A DNA stretch of 63,728 nt, the filler included. It is 11 parts of 11 records of this genome, joined end to end, with 100 filler letters (N's around TTAATTAATTAA, not from the genome) between each part and the next. Parts side by side here need not be neighbours in the genome. Positions count along the whole stretch, not along the records: positions 25,680 to 29,396 come from SRR7504441_3188; positions 29,497 to 34,486 come from SRR7504441_3190; positions 34,587 to 44,749 come from SRR7504441_3191; 8 more parts are not named here. One strand, 5' to 3'. The translations under genes were made by a program, and so were the position numbers. Below are positions 25,580 to 37,800 of this stretch, piece by piece (the stretch's first letter is position 1; each line of letters begins with the position of its first letter). Below the pieces are notes generated by a model. The model did no database searches, had not been told where the DNA came from, and saw only the letters and a program-made list of their open reading frames with translations.

Positions 25580-25679
25580 NNNNNNNNNNNNNNNNNNNNN
25601 NNNNNNNNNNNNNNNNNNNNNNNTTAATTAATTAANNNNNNNNNNNNNNNNNNNNNNNNNNNNNNNNNNNNNNNNNNNN
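25580..25679. other. Artificial contig linker
   Basis: N44-TTAATTAATTAA-N44. Confidence 0.99.
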
Positions 25680-26046
25680 TGAGGCCTCTGCCGCGCGAAC
25701 CGACAAAGCCGAGTACGGACTGGTGCAGCAGGACGGTGATATTGACGGAGATGACGCTGCAGTCGGCGAAGAGGACGAAGAAACAGGCGAAGAACCGAAC
25801 GAAGGAGACGACGCTACAACCGACGATGGGCCTGGACTGGTGCAGTCCGGCAGTACGTTATCTGCAGGAGGTTGGGGAAGGCACCGCCGCCGGACAACCC
25901 GCTCCGAGTTCCACTCGTCCCGCGGCCGCCGGCTGCCGGCGCGCCGTAACTCCAGCTTTTGCCGCATTTACCCCAGCCTTTGCGGCAGCCGCCGGCGCCA
26001 CGGCACTGGGTTCCAACCGCTCCACTCGTCGGCGTGGAACGGTTAA
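25680..26046 (+). CDS. 3' end of a hypothetical protein (acidic block then Arg-rich block)
   Basis: Frame is open from the contig edge to TAA 26046 and is followed by an AT-rich spacer. Confidence 0.45.
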
Positions 26047-26243
26047 GTTTAGGGCTCCTCATGCACGGGTGATCACGGCGCTCGTAGATCATGCTAATCA
26101 CTTACACGCAACTCTTGTCAGTGTGGTTTAGCTAATAAAATTGACGATCAAGTCTATGAAGTCGACGATTGAGCTATGATTGAGCTAACTGCAAGCTTAG
26201 ACTTATGTAGCTTTTAATGATCCAGCACTTGCTCACTGCTCTA

Positions 26244-29110
26244 TCAATGCTCGCTAGGCGTCATCTCATCCTTTGCCTTGGCTCTTTTCGCTTGGGATGC
26301 ACCTTTCTTGCCTCCGGTAGACTTTCGCTTCTTTGACTTCAACGACAATCCTTTCCCCACGTTTCCGTATTTCTCCACCACAGACTTATGAGTATGATCC
26401 GCTGCGCCTACTTTAGGCTGGGTTGCTTTCGCTCGCTCACTTTCCAGCCACTGCCCCACACTTTCGGCCGGAGCCCCATCAGATGGCCCTTCACTCAGTG
26501 CTTCCAACACATCCGCCGCAGGCTCGGGCTTTGGTACAGCTGGCTGCTGTGGCTCAGTCTCTTCTTTGGGTTTGAGGCTGTGTGCCATTGTTTGAGCTGC
26601 CACCTGCCATCACAATACTTAGCCCCCCCCACGCACAGACGCCAACCTGCAGCAAACTCATCTGTCCAATCTCGCGCAGCACACCAAGCACCTTTGCCTG
26701 CACTGCTTCTGAACCCTTTGTCTCTGTACATGCCCATTCGATTGAGCCTTGTATAGGTTCTAGAGCAGCCTTTGATTGGCCAGCGCACAGCCCAGCTTGC
26801 AGCACAGTATGGGTCTTCAACCACTCGGACCGCATCTGACTAAACTCTTGGCGTGCTGAGGCGGCACTGCCCTGCTCTTGTGGAGGCAGAAGCGCCACAT
26901 CCAAGGGCTGCTCGCTCGGAGCAGGCATGGACGTCTCTAGTAACGGTGACGGAGGGATGCTTGATGCCCCGCGCATAGCCTCCAGCACGATTTTAACTAA
27001 GTCGTTGGCCCGCTGTCGCACCAGCTGCGGGCAAGGGTTGCAGCAGCTGACCAGCTCAGCCACTGTCTGAGGCGTGCTTTCAGCAATTGAGAACACCAGG
27101 TGATTAGGCTGGACGAAGTGGGTACTTTCATCCAGCTCCCGAGCCACCTGAGTCGCAAGTCACCACCCTGTCTCTGCTCCCTGCTAAATAAAGCACCTTG
27201 TCGCGCCAGTCAAAGACAGCAGCAAACACGCGCATCTGCCGAGGAGTAAACTTGTACGAGTGCTTCCGGAATAGAGCCATGCTTGCCGTGGGCCCAGAGG
27301 CAGGCTTCTCATACAGTCTGAGGCAAAGTTGCTCTGATCGTTCAAGAACGCTGCGGAACAGCTTGCTATCACCAGTCTTCTCGAGCAGCTGATTACGTAA
27401 TCTGTCGTATATGTACAGCAAGTAGTGTGTATCCTCACGCGCATACCTGTGCAAACGGATCATCGTACCCTGGGCAAAGCACGCCACCGAAGCATCTCTT
27501 TAGAGAGCGGCCGGACCCTCCAGTCTGCCCGTTGATACTTCTTATCTGCAGTCACGGCGCAAAACTCCTGCAGCAGGTAGGCCAGACCAAATTTTGGCAT
27601 CTCCAGCACTCGAGCTGCCTGTGTGCCGCTGCGCGCCCAGCTACCTACTGCGGGCACCTGTCCAGTGTCGAACAAGTTGACAATATACAACCCGAAATCC
27701 CTCTGCAGCCACAGCACGTCCGAGTCAGAGCCATGCAACACCTGGGCCGCCCGTCACGCAGCTGCGGCGGAGCGGGTGAACTTTAGTGATAGCAGGATCT
27801 GTGAACACTGGGCTAAGTAGATGCATCGAAGAGCGGCAAGCCAGTGTGTCGACCAAGTAGTCAGCTGTCCTAGTTGAAATCTGCCCACTGTTGAGCAAAG
27901 GCACGACAGCACAGCGCCTGGCAGAGGCAGCAGAAGCCCTGATATGAGCGGAGCGAGTGTGCCTCTAGATCGACTGCGATCTCGGGCTCCCCACTGAGCT
28001 TCTGGCAAAGATTGGCCAACTGTGCGGGCCTCAGCAGTGGCAGCCGCGTGCACACCTCGGCGTGCGAGTCAATCCAAGTCACAGGGGTGTCATCCAGCGT
28101 TCCATACAGCTGCTCTTTGCGAGGCTCGAACACGCCGGCCGGGTACTCGATGGTCTTGATCTCTGTCTGGTATGGGTGCTTAGCCGCTGGGCGCGGGCTC
28201 AGCATTACGGCGGCTGATGCCCCTCACCAGCTGGCTGACGCCCGAGTGACTCGACGTGCGATCGCAGCGCCTCTGGCACATCCGTCGGCGCAGTAGGAGC
28301 AGTAGCCAGGTCTAGCGGCGTCTGCGCCAGCTCAGCGGGCGTGAGGGGACTGGCGGTCACCTTCGCATTCGGTTTGTAGAAGAGTTTGGATTTGAACGGG
28401 GCTGTCGAATTGTCGATTGGCCAGTCCTCGAACTGCAGCTGCGGCCGGAGCTTATTGTCTTCCCTGCACGCCCTACCTATCGACTGGCCACACCCGCGGA
28501 CACCGTGTCATCATCCGTTCGCCAGCCTGCTGCCGCCGCTGCATGTTCTGCGCCACCTGAGCATCCGACGGCACCGCGATTTTCCCGCCGGCCAGGTCCA
28601 ACCCGCCGTGCTTATCCAGCAGCACATCCGCCTGCTGCTGGCTCGCCCCGGGCCGGCCCCGGCCGACCTCTTCCAGGATCCGATCTAGCACGTCGGTCGC
28701 CCTGTCAAACTGACGGACCACGTCGGTCCTGGTCCGCATCTCGAGCTGCCGCACGGCTCGCCCGTGCCCGGCTGCCCAGCACCGTGTCCTTGCTCCAGAA
28801 GCAGCCTGCGGTGGTCCGGGCTAGGGCCAGCACGCTAGCCCCGGCCCGGTCCGCGGCGGTCTGGAATCCATCGAGCGTGGTATAGTAGCCGTACCTGCTC
28901 AGCGCACACTGAATGGCAACTGCGGGCCTGTTGGCAGCGCACTCGTCGCTGCTGGGCAGCTGATTGGCCGCAGCTGTCGCCCGGTTGAGCCCGGCCACCA
29001 CCCGCTGCCCGCGCCAGTGATCCCTGCTGCGTGCGCGGGGCAGGCACCTTGACCAGCTCAGTGTTGGCAGCTATCGCGTCGCCTCCCGGCTGCTGCTCCG
29101 CGTCGCCCAT
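26244..29110 (-). CDS. RRP6: Exosome exonuclease RRP6/EXOSC10, many short introns
   Basis: RPQLQF..IDNS, HPYQTEI, IAVDLEAHSLRSYQGFCCLCQ|ISTR, HGSDSDVLWLQRDFGLYIVNLFDT, ADKKYQRADWRVRPL, YAREDTHYLLYIYD, and HRDC segment WRD..ARELDEST. Confidence 0.95.
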
Positions 29111-29396
29111 CCGAGGGGCAGTACGTCCACTTTAGATCGACAGGTGGGCCGCTCAATCCAGACGCACCGGTGTGTGTGGTCCGTGGCGCGTCGACACACT
29201 GAGACAGCCAGACAGCTGCGGGCTCACACACTGATCATGACAGATGGTCGGGTGTTCTGGGAGGGGAAAGGGTCTGCTTCGGGGAGACTCTGAGGCAGGA
29301 GCCCTAGAGAGGTAATCAGTACTTACACCATCTCAACTATAATTAGAGAGCAGTTGCAGCTCAACTGCCACTTTGGGCTCTATGACTAAATGCTCT

Positions 29397-29496
29397 NNNN
29401 NNNNNNNNNNNNNNNNNNNNNNNNNNNNNNNNNNNNNNNNTTAATTAATTAANNNNNNNNNNNNNNNNNNNNNNNNNNNNNNNNNNNNNNNNNNNN
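29397..29496. other. Artificial contig linker
   Basis: N44-TTAATTAATTAA-N44. Confidence 0.99.
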
Positions 29497-31417
29497 CGCG
29501 ACGAGGGATCACAAGGATGCGGTGCGGCAAGTGCGGGCCGTGGCGGGGCTGGAGAACAAGGCCCGACAGACGGCGCTCCGACTGCTGCGGCGGCAGATGG
29601 CCAGCGACGGGTTGGGCCAGGCGCTAGCAAGTTGGCAGGCAGGGGCACAGTGCGAGACTGCACATTCCGGTCTTCGGCAGTGCGAGAACAAGGCGCAAGG
29701 ACTGGGTGAGGACGCGAACGACTCACCAAGCCGCGAGGTACTGGCGAATACTCATAATGACAATAATAGTCTGCTTCTCTCCGGCATGAGATGGCTGGCC
29801 GAGGAGGAGGACGGAGCTGCATCCCCGCACAGCAAAAGAGAATTGCTTCAACAGCTGCAACAGCGCAACGCAGAGCTGGGACAAGCGCAATTAAAGATCA
29901 TGGAAGGGACGGAGGACCGAGCCGCATCCCCGCACAGCAAAAGAGAACTTGTGCAACAGCTGCAGCAGCGCAACGAGCACCTGGTACAACAGCTGCAAGA
30001 GCGCAACAAGGAGCTGGAGCAAGCGCAGTTCAGGCTGCTTGGGCAGAACACCACGGAGACGCGACTGGCCTCAGAGACTAATGGTTCGGACGCCCAACCT
30101 GAGGTGGCTGCTGCAAAGTCGAAACTCGAGATAGAGTGTCCTAGCCATCTGAGGCCCCTCGAGCCACCGAAGGAAACAGCCTCCTGGGCCAGCGAAAAGG
30201 CTGCCCTGGTGAGCAGATGCAAAGCCCTCGAGCGCGAACTCGATAGTGTGAAGACAGCCAAGGCTGAACTGACTGAGTCTGTTGAAGAGCAGGATGAGGC
30301 TGCCTCAATGCACTCCAAACAGGAGCTCAGGCGACAGCTGCAGGAAAGGAACATCGAGCTCTCCCAAACCCAGTTCGCGCTGATCGAAGCGAAGGAGCGC
30401 CAGGCGCGGCTTCTGGATCAGGTGCGGGAGCGTAACCAGGACCTAGAACAAGCCCAAATTCTGTTGCTCCAGCTCCAGGACCTGGCTGTTAGCCCTGACC
30501 CGGACCATAGAGCGACCGTGCTGGAGGAAATGCGGCGTGAGGGGAGTCACAAGTTCGCCCACAAGCTCGCTAGAGAGCTCGAGACTCAATCGGAGCTCGC
30601 GGGGACACTTCAGCAGCGGGTGGCAGTGCTGGAGAAGGAGCTGGCGCTCAACAACCCGAGAAGGTCAAGGAGTGCGAGTGTCGTCCAAGTGTCGGTAACT
30701 CCCCCAGCCACGTACCGTCCAAGAGCACGGTCGTTTCCAAGCTTGCAGCCGGCGGTGCAGAGCTCCGGTGGGGCCGAGGCTGAGGAGCCCGAGTTGATGG
30801 CCTTCTTGAGGGAGAGGGAGCGTGAGTGGGACGACGATCGGTTGTCTACCCCGCTCACCAAGCGCGAGCTAATGGCCGGGCTGAAGGCTCGAAACATGGA
30901 TTTGCAGAATGCACAGATGAAACTGTTGCAGAACGCGGACATGTCGGAAGGCAGTCCGCGTTCTACTCGTAGGATGGCATGCGAATTGATCGAAGTGCGC
31001 CAGAAGCTCAGGGCCGTGGAACGAGAAGCCAGAACTCAGGCGTATCGAGAAGCGGCGTATGTGCGGCATCTGTTGGAGCTGCAGCGGGTGCTCGGTAAGG
31101 AGCCGGTCACAGTGGTCGGGGCTCAGGCAGAAGATGCCGAGCCGGACGAGGATGGTGATCCTGCTTATGCACGGGCACGGCAGATGCACACCAAACAAGA
31201 ATTACTCAATAAGATTAAGCAGCTCAATGAAGCCCTGTGTGAATCGCAGATGGCGAATCTCCGACGATGTCTCCCACAAGAGAGAGTGGATGAGCTCGAG
31301 CTTGAGCTGAGAGATACATCTGAGCTCTTGGAACAACTGCAAGAGCGCGTGATCGCCTTGGAGCAAGAACTTGCATTGAAAGAACGGGCCCTCAGACACG
31401 CTCAGGAGGAAGCTTGA
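29497..31417 (+). CDS. Coiled-coil protein with repeated (S/T)K(R/Q)EL..L..RN..L..AQ motif; 5' partial
   Basis: 631-aa open frame with about 6 motif copies, including a 105-nt-period nucleotide duplication near 29814-29975. Confidence 0.75.
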
Positions 31418-31508
31418 TTAAAGATGAAGATCGCCGACACACACGCACGTGCGTATACATAATCTATCATTCATAGATTTATCATGCATGTACGCAGCTA
31501 GCATATAG

Positions 31509-32186
31509 CTAGCACACATGCGATTGAAACTCTGCTAGTTGCACCAGGAGGCGCAGTTCCTCTATCTTAAGCGCCAACCCCTGATCTTCCGGCCCGCCGA
31601 CCGACCCGCCGGCACTGGCTGCCGCCGCCTCGTCCAGCAGCGCACTCCGCCCGGCCGCGTCGCTCTCACGGAGCATCCCCACCGCCCTGTGCACGGCCTG
31701 CAGCGCCTTCTGCAGCCGGCTGGTCTCAGCCTGCGACAGCTCGAGCGCCGCTCTACTCTCACCCACCTGCCGCTCAGCCTCCCGCCGCCGCTCTCCCTCA
31801 GCTTCCACTCGCTGCTCCGCCGCCTCCCTCCGAGCCCGCTCGCTCGCCAGCTCGTTCGCCGCCAGCGCACGGGCCGCCACCTGCGCCGCAGCGCTCCTCG
31901 TCTCGGCGGCCTGCGCGGCGCGCTCCGAGTGAAGCAGCGCCTTGCTCTCGCGGCGGCGGGCGGCCTCTGACCGGGCGAGCGCCTCCCGGGAGGCTTGGAG
32001 CTGGGCCTCTGTGGCCTGGATTGTGCCCAGCGCGGTGCTCAGCTGGCCTGAGACTTCGTTCAGCAGCAGCTGGAGCCGCTCCACCTCCCGCCGGTCGGAC
32101 GCGGCCGGGCTCGCAGCTGGCTGCTTGCCCACGGGCAGCTTTGCCCGGGCGTACTGGGTGTGCTCAGGCGCGGCACCCGCACTCAT
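31509..32186 (-). CDS. Hypothetical coiled-coil protein
   Basis: A/E/R-rich intronless ORF from ATG 32186. Confidence 0.6.
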   Translation of the reverse strand: MSAGAAPEHTQYARAKLPVGKQPAASPAASDRREVERLQLLLNEVSGQLSTALGTIQATEAQLQASREALARSEAARRRESKALLHSERAAQAAETRSAAAQVAARALAANELASERARREAAEQRVEAEGERRREAERQVGESRAALELSQAETSRLQKALQAVHRAVGMLRESDAAGRSALLDEAAAASAGGSVGGPEDQGLALKIEELRLLVQLAEFQSHVC

Positions 32187-32266
32187 CCAGCCTCCCACAT
32201 CTCTCAGCCGCAGCAAACAGAGAAACCGTTAACTTCAAAGCATGCGGCAGGGGTGCCAGGGCTGAT

Positions 32267-32989
32267 ATGAGCGGTGATGAGCCAGACCTGGCGGCGCTGC
32301 AGGCCGAGCTGGCCGACCAGAAGGCGCGCAACCAGCGGGCAACCAGCCGGACCAGCCAGATTTTCAAGGACACGGCCGCCTCCATGACGAAGCTCAAGGG
32401 CGAGACCCAGGCGGAGCGCACAAAGGTCCAAAAGGCCGAGGCTGAGGCCGCCCGGCTTAAGAAGATGGTGCGGGACATGATGGGCGAGCTCAACGCCACA
32501 CAGGAGTCGCTGATGGCGGTTGAGGAGGAGCTGCGCGGGGTGCGGGCCGCCGGCGGGGAGCCCGGGTTTGGGGCGTCAGGCAGGCTGCAGCAGGCTGAGG
32601 CTGAGCTGCGAGGGGAACAGCAGGCCCGGCGCAAGGCCGAGGCCGAGCTACAGGAGCTCAGGCGGGCCAAGCGCCGGCCGAGCGCCGCCGAGATCAGCCA
32701 GGCATGGATAGCAAGCCCGGAGCCGGGCGCCGAGGTGGCGGCGATGCAACGGACAGTGGGCCAGCTGGAGGAGGCGCTGCGGTCTGAGCGGGAGGCTCGG
32801 GCACGGGCTGAGGACAGGCTCCGGGAGGAGCGATCTAGAGGGGCGTGCAGCCCTACCAGCCCTGGGACTCCGGCGAGCACGAGCCTGAGCCCAGCGCCGT
32901 ACGGGAGCCCGTCGCGGTATTCGCTCATGAAGAAGGCGCAGTATTACGCGTGCCGGCACGGGCAGCGGCGAGCTAGTCCTTCGCCGTGA
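32267..32989 (+). CDS. Hypothetical coiled-coil protein
   Basis: MSGDEPDL.. heptad-rich ORF with an SP-rich tail, followed by an AT-rich spacer. Confidence 0.65.
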   Translation: MSGDEPDLAALQAELADQKARNQRATSRTSQIFKDTAASMTKLKGETQAERTKVQKAEAEAARLKKMVRDMMGELNATQESLMAVEEELRGVRAAGGEPGFGASGRLQQAEAELRGEQQARRKAEAELQELRRAKRRPSAAEISQAWIASPEPGAEVAAMQRTVGQLEEALRSEREARARAEDRLREERSRGACSPTSPGTPASTSLSPAPYGSPSRYSLMKKAQYYACRHGQRRASPSP

Positions 32990-33119
32990 GAATTGTATGA
33001 TTATGGTACTGTCGAGTTCATTGTCCTACTGTATAGGCTAATTATAAATAAATTATAAACATTCGAGAACGTACTCTAGATCTTTCCGTACACATAGAAA
33101 GGCAGCTGAAAGGCTGACT

Positions 33120-33866
33120 TTACAGCCACTTGGAAAGACCGGCACCAACGGGCTTATGGATCGTGCTCTGGAAGCTCTGAGCAAGCAGCGCGATCTCAGC
33201 TATGGCCGAGCGCCACTCTGATGCCGACCGCGCCGCTACCCTAGAAGCCTCCATGGCAGCCACCCCCTCTCCGTGCCGCCAGATTTCTATCACTTCATTC
33301 AAATGCCCCACTTCCGTATACAGCACCGAGCACAGCGACGTGCTGCTGTGCTGGTTGGCCAGCTTCGACGGCAGGCCCGCGCGGTAGGCCTTTAGAAACA
33401 GAGGCACAGTGTCGTACCCGAGCCGCAGCTGGTAGCGCCTATACTCATACACCGGATCCGCAGCCGCCTCGCCCGGACTCGCCACGTCCAGAAAGCCGTG
33501 CAGACCAAACTCGGCCACCAGCGGGGCTTCCGCGAAGAGCAGTGACGATTGCTCCGTCACGCACGGTCGGACTTCTGCCAGATAGTCTCCCCACTGGCTG
33601 TCGGCAGCCATCGCGGCCCTGGCCGCGGCCCTCTCCGGCTGGCCGCCAGTCCAACCATACCAGTGCGAGAACCTGTTGAGCTGGCCGCCGGTCTCGGGGA
33701 GCGAGCACAGTCGGGTTGGGACGTGCCGGTGCCGCACTGGCGCCGCCCGCTGGGTGGCCGCGAGGTAGGCCGAGGCGCCGCTGGGAGCCAGCTGGTACTC
33801 TCGCAGCTCCACCACGGGCGAGGAGGAGCCGAAGGCCCGGAGCTGCCGACCCCCGACTGGCCTCAT
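33120..33866 (-). CDS. NIPSNAP: NIPSNAP family protein
   Basis: Two NIPSNAP halves (VVELREYQL..ETGGQLN..HWY; VYEYRRYQL..TEVGHLNEVIEIW) and an Arg-rich N-terminus. Confidence 0.88.
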   Translation of the reverse strand: MRPVGGRQLRAFGSSSPVVELREYQLAPSGASAYLAATQRAAPVRHRHVPTRLCSLPETGGQLNRFSHWYGWTGGQPERAAARAAMAADSQWGDYLAEVRPCVTEQSSLLFAEAPLVAEFGLHGFLDVASPGEAAADPVYEYRRYQLRLGYDTVPLFLKAYRAGLPSKLANQHSSTSLCSVLYTEVGHLNEVIEIWRHGEGVAAMEASRVAARSASEWRSAIAEIALLAQSFQSTIHKPVGAGLSKWL

Positions 33867-33981
33867 CTCGCGTTTGCCGTTGTGATGCCGTTCGGAATCT
33901 GATCAACAGCTCAAGGAATGACGTGCACAAGAGACGCGACGTGCACAGGTTGCCGGTTGCACGCCTCAACAGTTGGACACC

Positions 33982-34486
33982 ATGCCGCTCGTCTGCCACC
34001 ACCACCGCTTCCAAGCCCACTGCGGCAAGTGCCACCCGGACGGGACAAACTGCATGAATCTGGAACCGTTCCAGCAGGTCGCCTGCCACCACCTGATGTA
34101 CGTGGACGTGTGCGACAAGTGGTCGTCGACGGCCAAAACTGCCGCAAGCAGAACCGGGTCCAGGACATCGCCGTCTGCCACCACATGAACTACAAGGTGG
34201 GATCCCGGGGTTGGCCTGGCTTAGCGTCCGGTTGCAGGGCTTTTGCGGCAAGTGCCACATTGACTCGGTCAACTGCTGCAAACTCTGCCCGGGTCAAGTG
34301 GTGGTCTGCCACCATCTGTCGTACAACGGCTTCTGCGGCAAGTGCACCATCGACGGCCAGATGTGCAAGATCGACTGGCAGCAGAAGGTCGACGAGCGCA
34401 TCGCCGCCGCCGCCGCCGCCAAGGCCGCCGCCGAGGCTGAGGCCCGCCGTCGTGCGGAGGAGGAGGCCCGCCGTCGCGCGGCCGAG
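33982..34486 (+). CDS. Cys/His-rich tandem-repeat protein followed by a charged helix; 1-nt deletion at about 34121; 3' truncated
   Basis: Four copies of CHHxx(F/Y)xxxCxKCxxDxxxC after correcting the frameshift and removing intron 34197-34237. Confidence 0.7.
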
Positions 34487-34586
34487 NNNNNNNNNNNNNN
34501 NNNNNNNNNNNNNNNNNNNNNNNNNNNNNNTTAATTAATTAANNNNNNNNNNNNNNNNNNNNNNNNNNNNNNNNNNNNNNNNNNNN
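34487..34586. other. Artificial contig linker
   Basis: N44-TTAATTAATTAA-N44. Confidence 0.99.
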
Positions 34587-34829
34587 GAACGCGCCGGCAC
34601 CATGGCTGAGTGCACACCAGGTGGAAGACAGGCGTCGGCGGGGCCGGTGCGGGTCCTCCAGCACGGATAGTACTGCACCCAGGCGGTCACAGCCGCGCAG
34701 CCGGCCGGCTGGTTCGCACCGCGGTCGCGCGGTGGCGAGTGGCTCGGGATCTCCAAACTTCAACGGAAAACAACGGTGCGAGCACTGTGTCGCCTGGGGC
34801 TTGCCCAACAGGCGCGCTCAGCAGCGGAG

Positions 34830-37800
34830 ATGGCGGAAGGGGAGGCGGCCAGCAACAGCTCGGCCGAGCTCGCCTCGCCCGAGCTGTTTGGGCTGCTCCA
34901 CTCGATCTGCAAGTCGGGAGACCACTACGCCAAGCTGCCGGGCTCGACCTCCTGGCACCGGTACTCGATAGACCTGACTGTGGTCAGCCTGCGGTACTCC
35001 CGGACCTACCGGCCGTCGCTGTTCGCCTCCAAAGAGACCGAGACCGGCGAGCTGCCGCTGGCCGGTATGAAGCCCCCGCGCTGGCGCAACGTGGGCTCGC
35101 AAGCTGGACGGGACCACTGCTTATGCGTCAGGGTGGCCACTGGGAGCGGGCAGTGGGCCCCGTTCTATCTGCAGGCCCGGGACCGGTCGGACCTGCACCA
35201 CTGGGTCCGTTGCATCCAGAACAACCTGCTCAAGACCTTCTGTCTTGACCAGCTGGCCAGCGCCCGCAGCTCCAGGGCGGTGGTCTCCTCCCGTGGGGTC
35301 TCCCCGGGCTGCCGGCTGGGCCAGTCGGTGCTGCAATCCGCCGGCCCAGTCTCACTGGTGCGAGTCCCGCCGGCCGCTCCGATCGAGCTGGCCTATAGAG
35401 CCGAAGGTGCCAGCGAGCTCGGCGGCGTGAGCAGGAGCGCAGGTGCCGCCGCAGAGGGCTGGGAGGTCGTCGAGGCGCCCAAGGGTGACCCGTCGGACGC
35501 GCTATTTGAGGAGTGGTACTGCGCACTGCTCGGTCCAGCTGTCGACAGGGCGCAGGTGCGATCTGCTCGTGCTGCGAGACTCGCTGTTGTTTGAGGCAAT
35601 CGGAGAACAAGCTTGCTACCGCCGACTGGTCCGGCTGTCCGGGGGGGGCGCGTTCCGAGGACAAGTCCGGCGGACGAGCATCGACCCGCCGCCGGCGCTG
35701 GACAGCTGCCTGGTGCGGTGAGGCTGGGAGGGCTGAGCGGGAGCAGGTGCACGCAGCGGTCGAGGTGGTCGGGTCTGATGGCGAATTCTGGTCCATCCGG
35801 ACGCCCGACGCGGCCACTACCCAGATGGTCCGGGCCCACATCGACCGGATGCTGGCGGCCGAGCCGGCTGGGCCGGCGGAGCAGCCGGATCCGGAGCCAG
35901 CGAGCGATGCCGATGCAGCTGTTGAGGTGGACACACCGGCTAGGCAGCTGCGGTCTCGGCTGGAGGGCGAACTCAACCTGTCGCCTGGGGATCCGTTAGA
36001 GCAGCAGCCGAGCGGATGGTCGCGCAAGGGCTGGCAGTGGTATGATGGCTCCCGTGCCTGGCAGCTGGAGAGTCGAGCTGAGTTGCACACGTACGATAGA
36101 CTCACACAGCGGCGCTGCGAGCACCCAGCCGCCGTGAGCGGCTCCATCTGCACGCTGGCCAGATTCCAACGGAACCAGCCGGGCAAGCGCCGGCAGGACG
36201 CCAGGGTGCGCCATCCGTGCACCGTGCGGGCCACTGAACAGAGCGTTCGCGAGGTGTGGGCTTTGAGCGACACAACTGGCTGACTGGCGTTGGCAGGTGG
36301 AGCAAATATACAAAGACATGACCCGGACGCTACCGGAAGAGCCGCGGCTTAAGCTTGTGAACCACAACGTGCGGCGCTGCGCCGGGGCTGGGCTCAGTCG
36401 GGGGCAGTGGCCGATCGATGCCGGGCACTTGGGCAACAGAGCGGGCGAGAGCTCTCCTGGCCTGAACGCAGAGTCCGGGATTTTGTATAAACTGACGCGG
36501 ATGCTAATCGCGTTCCAGAAGTGGGCACCGGCTGTAGGGTACATGCAGGGGATGGCGGGGGTGGCCGCGCACTTACTCATGCACATGCCGGAAGAGCAAG
36601 CGTTCTGGGCGTTTGCGACCATGTACACTGTACAGCTCAAGGGGCTGCTCAATGCGAGCAACATGCCGTTTGGGCTCGATGCGTTCAAGGCGCACATCCG
36701 GCAGCTTTTGATGCTGGCCAAGCCTGAACTGGTCGAGTGTGTGGACACCAGGGTGGGCGGGAGGAACGAGCCGTCACTGCTCGCCACGATGCTGGACATG
36801 TACGTTATTCAAATGGGGATGGGCTTATTTGTGGACTTGGAGCAGGCGCGCATGCCTAGGTGACTGGCTGCTGAGGCCGGTTGCAGGTTCCTGCGGAGGT
36901 CGTGCACTGGGTGTTCGATCAATTCTTCTGCTCGGGAGCGCACACCATATTCGCGATCTGTGTGGCGGTGTTTTCACACGCGGAGCAAGAGTTGATGCAG
37001 GCGAACGGCCTGATGGAGGGCATCACTGCGATGAGGAATGCGTGCAACACGCTGAGTGTGCCGATCTTGGAGGGTCTGGTGCCCGAGTTGACAGACAGTC
37101 TCAAAGACGGCGCCCCCAAGCTCATGCAGCAAGCGCTTGCAGATGCCTCCAACCAAATGAAGGACAAACAGCGGCAACAGGTTTGAAGGCCCTACTTGTC
37201 GCGTCGACAGTCTGGCAGGCGGAGCTCACACAAGCTGTCGAAGCGCTCACCAAGGAGGGTCATGCGCTTCAAGGGGCAATGCAGTCGCATGGTATCCTGC
37301 CCTTGAGTGTGTCGATTGAGTCGCATCGGTCGCAGGGGCTCGGCTGCACGAAGTGGAGCAACGGATCGAGTTCAGCGCTAGCCAGCAGCTCGGGTATGGG
37401 GCTCAGCAGCACGGGGTGGCCAAGGGGGTGCTCGATTTTGTGGAGGGGATCTTCGACAGTGCAGCAGACAAAGTCAAAGGGGTTTTCAAAGGAAGGAGAA
37501 ACAGCGAGGACGGAGGGCGAAACAGCGAGGACGGAAGGCGGGAGAGCGACCAGATCGATTGGGCGGCTTCGAGACGGAGTGCCGATTTTGAGCAGACCCT
37601 GGCACACAAGCCAGGCAGGCGCAGGTCCAACTCGTGCCTGGATCCGCCCTCAGGTGACGCCAGGGCATTGGCTCAGTCGTGCCCTGAGCTGGAGGATATG
37701 ACACGCACCCGCACCAACACAGAGGCTTGCGACAGCGCACCTTATATCGGTGAAGGCTGCGGAGAGGTCAGGAAGCAGTTGGAGAAGCAACCTTCGGATC

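Noticed and set aside
19186..34121. Two single-base frameshifts as programmed frameshifting or RNA editing
   Set aside because: Opposite sign, no slippery sequence and no shared context; assembly error or mutation is simpler
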